Notes: generated by a model from the sequence alone, not told the origin. DNA of 57,090 nucleotides, filler included, from Sphacelaria rigidula (GCA_964200075.2; 6 parts of 6 records of this genome joined end to end with filler, not necessarily neighbours in it); one strand, 5' to 3'. Numbered from the whole stretch's first letter, positions 37,899 to 49,776 are shown. A program made the numbers and translations.

Positions 37899-37968
37899 AT
37901 TATTATTATTATTATTATTCATCATCATCATCATCAATATCATCATCATCATCATCATCAATATTATT
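37899..37968. repeat. Compound (ATT)n/(ATC)n microsatellite
   Basis: Read directly from the sequence. Confidence 0.95.
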
Positions 37969-38028
37969 AATGACCAAAATGATCCCCCGCTCCAATACTG
38001 GGATCAAGTAACCGTGTGATCCTTCTCG

Positions 38029-38128
38029 NNNNNNNNNNNNNNNNNNNNNNNNNNNNNNNNNNNNNNNNNNNNTTAATTAATTAANNNNNNNNNNNNNNNN
38101 NNNNNNNNNNNNNNNNNNNNNNNNNNNN
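38029..38128. other. Artificial contig-joining spacer
   Basis: N44-TTAATTAATTAA-N44. Confidence 0.99.
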
Positions 38129-38130
38129 AC

Positions 38131-40802
38131 TCGAAGGATTGTTTACCGCCTGCCTGCTCTTCGGCTTCATGCACGACAACGCAGTACCACACTCGTGCAA
38201 AAACTGACCGTCTGTGTACAGAACCGTTTTACAAATCTGTGATACTGTACCTACCGTCTGTGCCATAAAATGGTCACCCCGACTTTGAGTACACGAATTT
38301 GAGTGCCCCCTATTTTTTCAGAATCGGGGTCCGAAAAAATCGGGATTTGTTTGCCATAAAAGTGAGTCTAAGCACCAACGTGAAACTCAGTGCACCGGTT
38401 GGGTACACCACACCCAGTGCATGTACCGGAGCACAGCCACTTTCCTTCCCCAAGCAAATTAAACGAAGCGAATTCCAGTTTTGGGCAATACCGTCTGTTT
38501 GGCCTCAAAACGATTACCTCGCGGCCGAGATGCTGTGTAACGTGAGTGAATGCACATATGGACGTGGTAGCGCACTCACTTCCGCATCGTGACGACCTGG
38601 GAGGCTGAAGTGCTCGCAAACGAACATGAATCATTTCTGCCGCCGCCTGTGGATGATGACAAACTGTAAAAAACCCATTCCGGTATCGACTGTAGAGATG
38701 CTCAGGGCAGGAGGCACGGTAATGCCCGCGCTGTCATCGCTTCTACATCCTGAAACTGTACTGACATCCCATGTAGATGACAACAAACAAGTCCATGCGT
38801 CTAGATCCGGTTTGGGCGTTGCAGCAGTGCACGAGGGAATGAAAAGAGCCCCAATTCTGTTCCGAAAGTTTCTTCTTCTTTTTTTTTGGCGCAGGACTGT
38901 ACATGCCGACTCTGCATGCACTTGACTTGTGGCTCAAGATCAGTCAGGCTGTTCTTTAGGGCTAGTTTCTGTACATATGCCCAACATACATACGTTGGCG
39001 GGAACAGGCACTTCTTCCGAAAAAACAGCCGTTCTGAACCCCAAATGTGGCACATTGGAGTCCATTTGAGTTCACCTAAGGGGGGTTCGCGGTCAAAGAA
39101 TCGAACAAGAGATCACTAGTCTACTCGTGGTCGAAAGTTAACCCTTGGACCGCGAGGGTATAGGTCACCTGCCCAATCGGCATCAATATCACTTGAAAAA
39201 TGTAAATGTAACCCTAATGGACTACCCGCATCGTGGTCGAAGGATTAAACTAGGCGTACGAAAGAACGGGAAGGTGCACCGGAATCCCCTGAAAGGGTAC
39301 GGCAAGTTTCTGCGCGGTGGCACATACCTTCAAGCGTCTCGTAGTCGGGTAGAAATCGGCGCTGAATCGCCAAAACAGGCTTTTCGGAGAGAATTTCTCA
39401 ATACGCATACGAGTAAGAAGCGGCCTTTTCTTGGTGTACTGTCGTCCATCAAGTATTTTCTGGATGTAAGGGGGGGGGGGAAATCAGCATGGTCATCATG
39501 GCCATCTGAGCCTAGAGTGAGGGAAGGATGAACACTCCGCGATGTGTTGTGAAGTCGATCTCCATTTCCCCAAAAGTGTCACGGATGTGCCGTGACTGGC
39601 CTCCCTCGAACTTGGGTTGTAGGAAAATCACGGTAGAATATTTGAGGTTTGGATATATTGCGAGTGGAGCGATTTTTTGTTCAAATAACGGAGCTTGAAA
39701 AAAATCTTCAGGGGGTGTTATACACCGTCACAAACGGTGCGGCACATGCGGCAGCGAAGTTCATGCGGCTTTCGGCCACCACGAGCGAGTCAAAGGTGTC
39801 GGTCCTACACCAGTCACCGCTCTAGAACGCTGTGGAGTTGGGGGATTCTGCGAGATGGCAGCCGCATGTCCTGTGACGGACAGTACAGTGGAACAACAGC
39901 TTCCCACGACGTCCAGTATACATCTCGCTGCACGCGACAACCATCTGCGACGCGCAGTGTGCAAGAATGTGTGTAGCGCAGCGTAGCACATATACACCCG
40001 TGCGAGACTGGAGCACTAAATGTACACGCAGTGGACCACTGTAGCGCTATTGAAAGAGCACGGGAATTTCCGTCCCCGCTACACCGTTGTACTGTACAGG
40101 TATAATACGAAGGACAGTACAGTACAGTACACTATCGTCCTGAAGCATTGAATCGTGCATGTGCACGTGTCCAGTGCTGATGCATGCACGCACTCCGTTT
40201 CGCGGACGCTCGCTCTTTCCACAAATACAAACGTTACTGTACATGTCTGCGCATGCGATCAATGCTTCGCGTGTGGACATGTACTCCCAACCTTGTAGTT
40301 CGAATTCGCACCAGCCTAGACCATAGATTTCAGAAGCGGCAGTGCCGATAACAGTAAGCAGGCAGCGACTTGCACAACGGACACCACCCTCTACCCTCCA
40401 TCGAACTCGCATCCGAGCAAGCCAAACAACGGAGCAGATTGCGCCGCTAAATAAGGTCGCATGCGTTTCAGCAGCCATTGATGAAAACCGTTACACCGCC
40501 CTGTGTACATTCAGCACATGCACGCAAAACCGCTGAAGGTGGCAACAAACCTTGTATTCTCTTTCAGCTCCTGACGACGACAGCACATCAAACGGTCCAA
40601 CTCGCGAGGGGCATTCCCTGAGAAACGGTTTGTAACCCTTGATAGCTCCGATGTCAATATCCTTCGCGCCGGTGCCGAAGGCAGCGGAACCATGCAAAAC
40701 CACCTCCGATATATACCCAAGCCGGGTCGTTAGCGTGTCAGGTTCACCTTCGCTGATGCCGTAGGCTTCGAGACTGGGCAGTGATACCATTGGCACGATC
40801 AT
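38131..40802 (-). CDS. Partial spliced gene with a putative nucleotidyltransferase (Pol-beta superfamily) domain; exons 40551-40802, 39818-39870, 39328-39361, 38580-38596, 38131-38211
   Basis: All junctions are canonical (donors GTTTGT, GTGACT, GTATGT, GTGAGT; CAG acceptors) and phase-compatible (0, 2, 0, 2). Exon 1 encodes EVVLHGSAAFGTGAKDIDIGAI...GPFDVL. Confidence 0.7.
39142..39244. mobile_element. piggyBac-type MITE copy (intronic)
   Basis: TTAA-CCCTTGGACCGC...GTGGTCGAAGGA-TTAA; the interior is homologous to 9784-9883. Confidence 0.85.
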
Positions 40803-41002
40803 GGTAGCTGTGGAATTGATTCTCTTACAACAGCGAAAGATGTACACTGTCGCGTGCCCTCGGTATCAGCAGCTAGCTGGCTGTGCAGCGTACACATCAA
40901 TTTCTGCCTAAAAATCTTGCATTGGACTTTTCACAGATTTCTCAGACCGAACTACTTTCTACTTCGAGTGTAGGAAGGAGCAGAAAAATCTTGATTCTTT
41001 AA

Positions 41003-41089
41003 CGAGATTAGTCTTTCTGGACCATGCATACTTTTTTTCGCTCGGAATTGATGCCGATTCAACAGAAGACTAATCTTGCGGTCTAAGGG
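41003..41089. mobile_element. piggyBac-type MITE copy, reverse orientation, one terminus lost
   Basis: ...GCGGTCTAAGGG-TTAA on the right; TTAA at 40999-41002. Confidence 0.7.
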
Positions 41090-41333
41090 TTAACCATCGC
41101 GCCGTCCGTCGCGTCGTGCATCACGCCGTTGTTTACAATACTGTTGTAGTACACGCACCCCAGTAGAGCTTTTCTGTTTCTCTAGCGCCGTGTTTACTCT
41201 GCCCCCGGAGGAATAAATCTTAGAAGATAAAATGCCCACCCCTGATGCCCCTGCTCAAACGCCTTCGAAAATCCAAACGCAATCCAGCCGACACCAACTT
41301 TACTGATGTCAGAATAATATTACGAAGTAGTTG

Positions 41334-41673
41334 GTCGTCCCGGTGGCTCAGTTTCGTAACCTTAAAGACTTCGGGTAGCTGAGTTGTGCGGATCGATTCC
41401 CGGAGAGGTCCGGGATTTTTTCTTATCCCACGCTCTATCGTGGAGACCGACAATGTTGTAGTTACACAAAGTTTGACTTCACGGTCGACGACGAGGGAAA
41501 AGGGAGTGCTGAATCCCTCTCGCAATAAAAAAAGAAAAGGCAAGCACCGCAAAAGGAAGGTGGGGTACGAAAAAAAAAACACTCCTGTGTTGACCTTCCT
41601 CCTGTGTGACCCCGGCTGATGCGCCCACATATCTCGAAAGAGGTAAACTGGCACCCAGAATAAATGGGACAAC

Positions 41674-41728
<55 letters not shown>
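41334..41728 (+). mobile_element. tRNA-derived SINE with an (AC)27 tail
   Basis: A-box TGGCTCAGTTTCG (41344), B-box GGATCGATTCCC (41390), AATAAA, then (AC)27 at 41675-41728. A second 3' end is at 28598. Confidence 0.8.
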
Positions 41729-41731
<3 letters not shown>

Positions 41732-42220
41732 TTTGAAAATCGGCTGTGAAATGGGGGATGATGCGTACGCGCGCGCATGTGCGAGTGCGTGTGCGTGGGG
41801 GGTGTGTGTGTTCATAACTATACCGTATAGTAACACCATTCAGTTACCATACCGTCTGAGATCGCGGAAAAATAATTGCCAGGTACCCTGCAGACGCATG
41901 CCGTCTATCCGGTATTGCAGATAACCATGTTATCGTTTTTGCCTCAAAATCTTGAACACAGCCAGTCGGGATCACTGGGAGGATGTATATAGCTATAATA
42001 TATATCGTAATTCCTCCTCCAACCACGGGTCTGAAAATCATTGGTGTTATAGATGCTAAAATAAGCAAAGCATACATAAAACGCCTCCAAACATTGTTTT
42101 TTGGAGATCAGGCCGGGTCGGAGCAGACGGGGACTACTACTGTTGCGTTGTGGTACTGTCTGTCGAGAGCGGTGGTGCTTCGGTGGCGCTTAGAAGGGAA
42201 ACATACACAAGCCAAAGAGA

Positions 42221-42404
42221 ATGTCGGAATCGTCGAGCTCGGAAGGGGATGACTCATGGATCCAGTGGTTCTGCGGACTGCAAGGGCATGAGATGTTTTG
42301 CGAGGTGGAGAGGGGGTACATCGAGGATAGCTTTAATCTGTACGGCCTCAGGCACTGGGTGCCGAGCATCAACGACAGTCTGGACGTCATCTTGGACCGT
42401 GTAG
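42221..42404 (+). CDS. CSNK2B: Casein kinase II regulatory (beta) subunit, first coding exon
   Basis: MSESSSSEGDDSWIQWFCGLQGHEMFCEVERGYIEDSFNLYGL...LDVILD matches the CK2-beta N-terminal signature (SWIxWFC..GxEFFCEVxxxYIxDxFNLxGL). Probable donor AG|GCAAGT. Confidence 0.95.
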
Positions 42405-42567
42405 GCAAGTGGACTCGTGTTGAGTTTCAGTGATGAATGCTGTCGCTGCGTTTTGTCGTTTGCCGGAATTTTTACGGAGTGATACCAGTAGCGCTGGTGG
42501 CGTCTCTGTTGGCGCGGTGTTGGCAACTCGTCGTCTGGGCCTGCCGCGTGCAGGAGCATCTTTGTTC

Positions 42568-42700
42568 CACACCCTGGACGAAAGATTAGTCAGAAAGTGT
42601 ACTGCGTACAGTATAGACTATCGCGTTGTTGCAGCAGACAACGGATTTCATACTGTACTCACTATACTTTTTGACAGAGTAATCTGTCGTCCAGGGTGTG
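42568..42700. mobile_element. hAT-type MITE (CACACCCTGGAC family)
   Basis: CACACCCTGGACGA ... TCGTCCAGGGTGTG: perfect 14-bp TIR. Confidence 0.85.
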
Positions 42701-45700
42701 CGATTGTCCGCCCAGCTTGGTTATTAGTTTCCGTGTTCCGAGAGCCTAGTGGGTCGACACTGAAGGTCATGTGGTGCTGCAGTAGTGTGACGTGAATCTC
42801 AGAGTAGAAGAGCAACACCATGAGATAGCTTGAGCCTTCTCATTGCGTGTTTTTCATCGCGTTCCCTACATGTGTCGGCGCTGTTGTCGGTGTTCATTTG
42901 TTCGTCAATAGCACCAACAACCCAGATGACACAAAAATGGCGACTTCTGGAAATCTCTTGTTTTTTGTATTTTTTCAGTTGAGAGGACGTTTACATTTGA
43001 ACACAGAATGCAAAGAGGGCACCCAGCCCTACTGTCTGTGCAGTTGTTGCACTGTAATCATCCCTGAGCTGAACTGTTTTGTGTCGTACTTACTATACTG
43101 TCTGTACTGTTGAGCAGTCACGTTCGTACCTCAGCAGTTACATCCAACGAGAACTCGTTCAAAGAGAGGGTGCCAACATACTTTCTGTTTTGTCGAGGAC
43201 AACATACACGTGCACCCAATCTTGTGATCGTACTTCACCTCATGGAGCGCAACATTCGGTCAGGGATCATGCCGGTACAGTGTGGGCGGTTTCGAACAAG
43301 CAGGAAAAGCCAACCCGGTCGGTCCATTGAAGATTACCTCCACAAGAAACTCCATACTATAACATAGAACACTCTGCAGCGGGCAGATGTTGCGCCGACG
43401 ATAAGGTCACCGTAGGTACCACCCCTGAGAAAAGACGCGACGGAGTCAACGAAGTCGATCAAGCATATGAGCAACATGAAGCAACATAAGTGTCGATAAT
43501 CTTCGGAAGTACGCCCTCAAACTCTGACTCAACTCCACCGACCACAGTGCACAACTTTGCGATGGATGTCCCGTCGGAAGCACCAACAGTAGTTACTCTA
43601 CCGGTATGCGTACAAACCCGAAAGTCATTTTCCAAACTACCCGTCCGAGACTCGATCGCAGATACTCCACGAAGTACAAATACGAAATCTGGCGCGACGC
43701 ACACGCAAGCATCACTTGCTAGCAGCGTTGTTTCATTAAAAGAATGTGCTCATCTCACCCAGTAAATAGCGCGATGTCGACTGGTCGTGCTTTCGGCTTC
43801 AACCTGCTTCACTGATTATCAATTCATGGCAGGGATATACATATATCACAGTAGCACCAAGGGTCTGCCAAAAAAACATCTGGACACGTAGGCCCCAGAA
43901 TCGAAGATTAGAGTTTTTGAGGGGGGGGCATCCCGCCCACTGCCCCCTAGTTTATCGCCGAGGCGTTGGCGGATGCGATCAGCTACCGTCTACCGAGATC
44001 CTTGGCATGAAGACCGATGAGATAGCGGACACGCTGCCCCCCCAAGCTCATCACTTACCATGATTACATATATGGGATCATGTTCCGTATCGTGGGCCTC
44101 GAGTACCTTCCAGCAGTCCGGGCAAGTTCGGCGAGGCGTGAGATGAATTTGCTACTTCGGCTGCAGGCTGTCGCTACCGTGCGCTCGTGTGCACGCATGT
44201 GTGTGAGGGTGGCCGGCATCCGAGGTCATCGGGACAGAGAAGTGGACAAAGAGCAAAAGCGAATATACAAACCTCGCGAAGCCCGCCGGATTTCTTTTTT
44301 CTTCAGTTTTTCTTGATAATTTTCCTCAATAATATATATATTTTTGAACATGACAATTTTCCAAAAATTGCCCTCCGGGACGTGGGTGGAGGGGGCAGGG
44401 GGGGGGCTGTGTGTCCGAAAATCTTCTCTCGGCAGACCCTCGGTAGCACTTGAACCTGAGACGACAAACCCCCGTCAGAGGGATTCAGATGAACTATTCC
44501 ACATTTGGGGTTCAAAACAGCTGTCTGGTCGTTCTGACCAATCACAGCTCTCAAATTGATTCTCTTCTCTGGGGCCTCGCTCCAGATTTGGAATTTTCCG
44601 TGGGAAACTTCGAAACACGCATGGACGACTTGGTAAGTTTCTCGGCTGTTCTTCGAATAGACCTCCACCCCCCTGTCAAAAACCACTCGACCCCTGGAAA
44701 CCCCCTGATGTTCCTGGTAAAGCCTGATATCGCCTAAAAAGCCAGGGGGTGTACGATATCTATCTTGTCGTCACCTGGTATGGCCCTGAAAAATATATTG
44801 ATGAATTCCATTGGTGTTGCAAAAAATCCTACAGACGTTTCTCAGACGTATGTCGAAACGTCGCCCACTCTCAGCGACGGCATACCTCGTACCATGCACC
44901 TTCAGAGGTAACGGACCTAATGCATTGATCTCTATAAGGTGGGGCCCAAAGGTAGTGAGGTGAAAATTATGAGCACATACCGTTTCGCCTTCCTAGCTTC
45001 TCGCCCGCTCTTCCCTACGGTAATCACTCCTCGCCAACGCCAATTCATCCTCGCCTCATGCGTGCTACCCTGCTAGGTCGTCCTTTCCACGCCCAGTTGC
45101 AATGACTCTTGAATGCTACAAGCTCTGTACAACGCCACTTATACCACAACAGCATCTACCCTCCAAATCCCGATAAATTCCCGGCGATCATACATCAAAC
45201 GCTTCCACGACCACGATAAAAGTTGCCGAATTCCGATTGGATTTTTCGGGAAATGTTGATGGTGTATCACCGTCGAGTCATGAGCGCATGGAGGGTGCAT
45301 GCTGAAGAGGTAACATGTGGTAAGATTTCAAGCGGAATTCGGCAAGTTTTATCGTGGTCGTGGACGGGTTTGATGCGTGATTGCCGGGGATTTATCGGGA
45401 TTCAGAGAGTGGATGCACGGCTTTATTTTTGTTGTATTTGTTGTACTCACTGTCAGTACACGGAGAACCGGGTGCAAGTACGTATTATCATTGGCATTGT
45501 ATCTTTTTGTTGAATCTCCTTCAAGAAGAGACGCTAGTCGAATGCCTTGCCTCTTGAACTGGGCTGCCTCACTGCTCAATCGACATCGACAGTATCGGTG
45601 CACAACGTGTCAAGGACGGGGTCACTTTTGGCCCATCGCCGGTGATGTTGATGGGGTCTGGCCGACTCTGGTTTCCTGGAGGGACACTGTCAGCATCGGT

Positions 45701-46149
45701 GCCGGCCGTGGTCGAAGCAGGCTTGGAGTCGGTATCGGCGCTGAACGCTGTCAAAGGTGACAGCTGCTGAGATGCATTTGTAGCCGCGGCCGAAGACACG
45801 TGGGTCTCGGTCATTGCAGGTCAAAACCGTACGAAAGCAAAAAAGGGGCAGACACAGGTCCCTCGTGCGTCCCCTGGTGTGTGGGCGTCAGACGTCATAT
45901 TGAGTACTGTATCACACTCTGGACGATGGACACAATAATAGTACATTGCTTCAGTAATAGACGCGGGGGAAAATATATCGATATATGGTGTCGAAAACGA
46001 TAGATGGTGAAACACATCTATTGATATGTATTGCAAGGGACAATAGATGTTGCAATAGTCGATCGATAGCCTATGGCAATTACGATAGATAAATATCAGT
46101 CACCACCAATGGAAATGGTGTACCGAAATAGACTTTAGGATGTATATAT

Positions 46150-46312
46150 CGATAGCCATTGCCGTTATCAATAGGGTTGGTGAGCCATCCATCGATAGTC
46201 ATTGCCGTTATCAATAGATTTGATGAGCCATCCATCGATAGTCATGGGCGTCATCAATCGATATCTATCAATACCTATTATCGTCATCAATAGATTTGGT
46301 GAGCCGTCTATC
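46150..46312. repeat. 43-bp minisatellite (about 3.5 units)
   Basis: CGATAGYCATTGCCGTTATCAATAG..TTGRTGAGCCATCCAT at 46150, 46193, 46236. Confidence 0.9.
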
Positions 46313-46498
46313 AAAAGCCTCCGCAGCCAACAAAGGATTTTGGTGTGTCTCTCAATAATCATTGCCATCGACGATTGATGTTCTAGGGAACATCTATCAA
46401 TAGCCAGTGACGTCAACGATAGGTTTTTATAAATATATGGCTCACTGGGGTGATCTTATGGCATCAACGGCAGTGCTCCTCACACATGAAAACGCAAC

Positions 46499-46635
46499 CA
46501 CACCCTGAACAAGAGATTCCATTGTCGAAAAATATACTGCGTTCAGTATGGAATCTATTGTCATTGCAATAGGCGCAATAGGCGATACTGTACACGGTGC
46601 ACTTTTTGACTGTGTATTCTGTTGTCCAGGGTATG
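46499..46635. mobile_element. hAT-type MITE (137 bp)
   Basis: TIRs CACACCCTGAACAA / TTGTCCAGGGTATG; 8-bp TSD AACGCAAC / CACGCAAC. Confidence 0.9.
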
Positions 46636-46758
46636 CACGCAACTACCTGAGGCGGTAGTTGGCCATGGGTTTTGTGGAAAAAGGTAGAAACATCTACCGA
46701 CAATGTGCATACGAAGTACATAGCTAGTGATCGTCGCCCTTCAGCCCGTTTTGGCCAG

Positions 46759-46968
46759 CAATAGATATTGGTGGCCGCGGTTCAGATTGCATTGTGAACA
46801 GCGATAGGCATTGGTGACCGCGGTTCAGATTATATAGCCACTAGCAATAGATATTGGTGGGCGCCATTTAGATCCTATTGTGACCAAGAATATGTATTGG
46901 TGGCCGCGTTGCAGATCCTAATGCGATCAGCAATAGACATTGGTGGCCGCAATTCAGAGCCTATTGCA
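46759..46968. repeat. 43-bp minisatellite (5 units)
   Basis: CAATAGAYATTGGTGGCCGC..TTCAGAT... at 46759, 46802, 46845, 46888, 46931. Confidence 0.93.
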
Positions 46969-47559
46969 AAAAACTACACGTTTTGATCGACAACGTGGCC
47001 ACTCCATTGTCACGGCAATGATACATTCTGTCCCTAGTCCTGAATCTGTTGTCGCCTACAATAGCTATCGATAGACAGTGATGTCAGTAGATCATGACTG
47101 ACAATGAACATCAACAGTCAAGTTTTCGAGGCTATTGCATCCGCAATGTTCTACTACATACTCTGTTGTCCAGGGTATAAGCACATTTCACTCACGCAAA
47201 AAAGTTCTACAAGCGCCCGTGTCCATCAGAGGAACAAACCCTGAGGACCAACATCATACCAACAACAAAACTCGTAAAGTTTTGTCCATACATATTGCGG
47301 ATTCCTAGATCATACAACCGTTCCAAATTTGCAGAATCGTGACGTCATATCTTCACAAGTCGTATCATATACGCACTGCACCTTCGCCTAATATGCCCTA
47401 TGGTACTAGTATGTGGATAGGTAGATGTGGCAGTAGACGATGGAGAATATCTATCGGTAGGCATTGTATACCAGAATAGATTATGGTATGTATCTACAGT
47501 AGTCAGCGTCAGAAGTATGCAGAATCCGTAATTTCTTAGTTTCTCAAAGATTGTCCGAA

Positions 47560-47659
47560 NNNNNNNNNNNNNNNNNNNNNNNNNNNNNNNNNNNNNNNNN
47601 NNNTTAATTAATTAANNNNNNNNNNNNNNNNNNNNNNNNNNNNNNNNNNNNNNNNNNNN
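47560..47659. other. Artificial contig-joining spacer
   Basis: N44-TTAATTAATTAA-N44. Confidence 0.99.
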
Positions 47660-48030
47660 GACAGATATGCCACTTCAGCCCCATATTTTGTATGAACCCC
47701 AAAATATAAAATCGGCTGTTTAATGTAATGTATGAAATGCAATGTATCAAATGATATATCACATTACATGGTTTGTAATGCAGTGTCTGGGTAGGTTCAT
47801 ATACATGTTCCTGTGTACAACGTGAGATCATCGGCACATGCAGGACCTAAAGTTGATGGTGCGGTGTCGTTTCTGACTGGCGAACTCTCCGCCGGTTTCA
47901 GTTTTAACAATGTTTTCGCGAGATTGAGAGTAACAGATTGGATTGAGAGTCAACCATTTATTCGAAAGACACTCACATGCACCTTTCAAACTGTTGCACG
48001 ACACGTTGACGTGTAGCATAATAAGAGACC

Positions 48031-48343
48031 AGTTGACCGTCGTTAGGCTATGTTTTAGAATGGTTGACACAATTTTACAAGTATCGCTACCTCTTACCCT
48101 AACCCCAACCCAACGCGTACCAAGAACCCTGGGGTAAGGGCGGAACATACATTCCCTAGGCAAAGTGCGTCCTTGGTAGACCCCAAATCGGCGCCTGTGG
48201 AGCCGAGTTCAACGAAAACGCGCTTTGAGCACGCGAGGAGCACACAGGACTGTCAGCCTCACTGAAATTCCGATTCTCGTTGTTCAGACTCAAATCAAGT
48301 ATTTTCAACCATTCTGAAACGTAGACCAACGCCGGTAAGCTCT
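48031..48343. mobile_element. MITE 'X' with ~30-bp TIRs and an internal telomere-like CCCTAA motif
   Basis: CCGTCGTTAGGCTATGTTTTAGAATGGTTGA / TCAACCATTCTGAAACGTAGACCAACGCCGG. An inverted second copy is at 49521-49776 and TIR fragments are at about 49104 and 49240. Confidence 0.8.
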
Positions 48344-49520
48344 ACAGAAATAGATTGTCAGCAAATGCCCCTAGAATGGGGTTCACGAGCCCGAGGCGAA
48401 AGAGTATCAAGGCGATATACGCCGGTTGATTGATGACTCGCGTGTGATGTCTTGCCTTTTCATGCCGAGAAAAAGCACAAGACGTCGTGGGTCAGAGTAG
48501 TTTGAGTTTGCTATCGCATGAGACTGTTGACATCCTCGCAGACTGTAACGTAGGTCCCAACTGTCAAGGTCTGGCTCGAAACTTTCCTTGGTCTTAGATT
48601 CGAAACAATGCTAACGACCACCGTACACCTGCACCAGCCACCTGGCAACAATATACATGCCGTTTGTGTGTGCAACCATGTTGTAATATAGCCCAACGAC
48701 GGCTCGAAGAACAATTGGAACCAATGAAAATCCAATCCTTGTGGTCCGGAGCACAGTTTTTTTCTCTATGAAAGGAAAAACTGACGACAGTGACCGTGCA
48801 ATTCTCGGAAATGGTACCTGACCGGGAGGGTACCCTCATTGTACATAACGGTCGGAATAACTTCGTCATGACGAGGAGATTTCACCACTCAATCTATTGG
48901 GTGGTTGTCGATAAAGCATGTTTGATTTGTTGAAACAGTTCGCACTGCACTTACGTTGACCATATCAATATACCTAATTCGAACTAGAGCACGTAGGAGA
49001 TTCGTAGTCAAGTGGCATAAGCCTTGAATCTACTATCGGAAACATAAGCTGGGACGTCACTTCCGATTATCAAGAAGGCGACCGATCGACGGAGGCTAGT
49101 TAATCGTCGTTGGGCTACGTTTTAGAATGGTTGACACGATTTCATAAGTATCGCTGCCCTTCACACGTCGGAGAACTCATTTCATATAACCCAGCGGTAC
49201 CTTCCCCCCACTGGATGGATCAGATAACAGAAGTATCAACGGCGTTGGGCTACGTTTTAGAATGGATGATATTACCCGATTTGTATGTAAACGACGATGA
49301 TGCTCAACTAGCGTCGTCTATACCACCGCTCTTGTTCCACCTCTCGCGTAATTGGAGCGTGGGACATCGGGATCCCTTTTTTTTCGGCATGTAGCAGTAC
49401 ACCTCCACCTCTATCCCATCCATGGCCCCTCCTCGATAGAGGGCTTGGCCTACATAAACCGTCGACTGTGCACATTTCGATGTCATGTAGCGTACTCAAT
49501 ATAATGACACGTCGATCCAG

Positions 49521-49776
49521 TAGAGCTTACCGGCGTTGGGCTACGTTTTAGAATGATTGAAATTACTCGGTTTGAGTCTGAACAACGAGAATCGGGATCT
49601 AGTGCGACTGATAGTCCCTTGTGCTCCTCGCGTACACAGAACGCGTTTTTGTCGAAAGCGGCTCCACAGGCGCCGATTCCGGGTCTACCAAGGCCGCACT
49701 TTGCCTGGGGAATGTATGTTCCGCCCTTGCCCGAGGGTTCTCGGTATGCGTTGGGTTAGAGTAGGGTTAAGGGTAG
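49521..49776. mobile_element. MITE 'X' copy 2 (inverted), ending at a CACACGTCGGAC terminus
   Basis: Reverse complement of 48087-48343. Confidence 0.85.

Larger units (their letters stand above)
45913..47179. mobile_element. Composite region of CACAC(C/T)CTGGAC-type TIR element(s) with two 43-bp arrays and a nested MITE
   Basis: Left TIR-like CACACTCTGGACGA at 45913 and right TTGTCCAGGGTATA at 47166-47179. The flanks do not match, so this may be two elements. Confidence 0.5.

Noticed and set aside
42405-47559. Downstream CK2-beta exons
   Set aside because: No LYGLIHARY, CPR or DGAYFG motifs were found; the rest of the gene is presumably off-contig.
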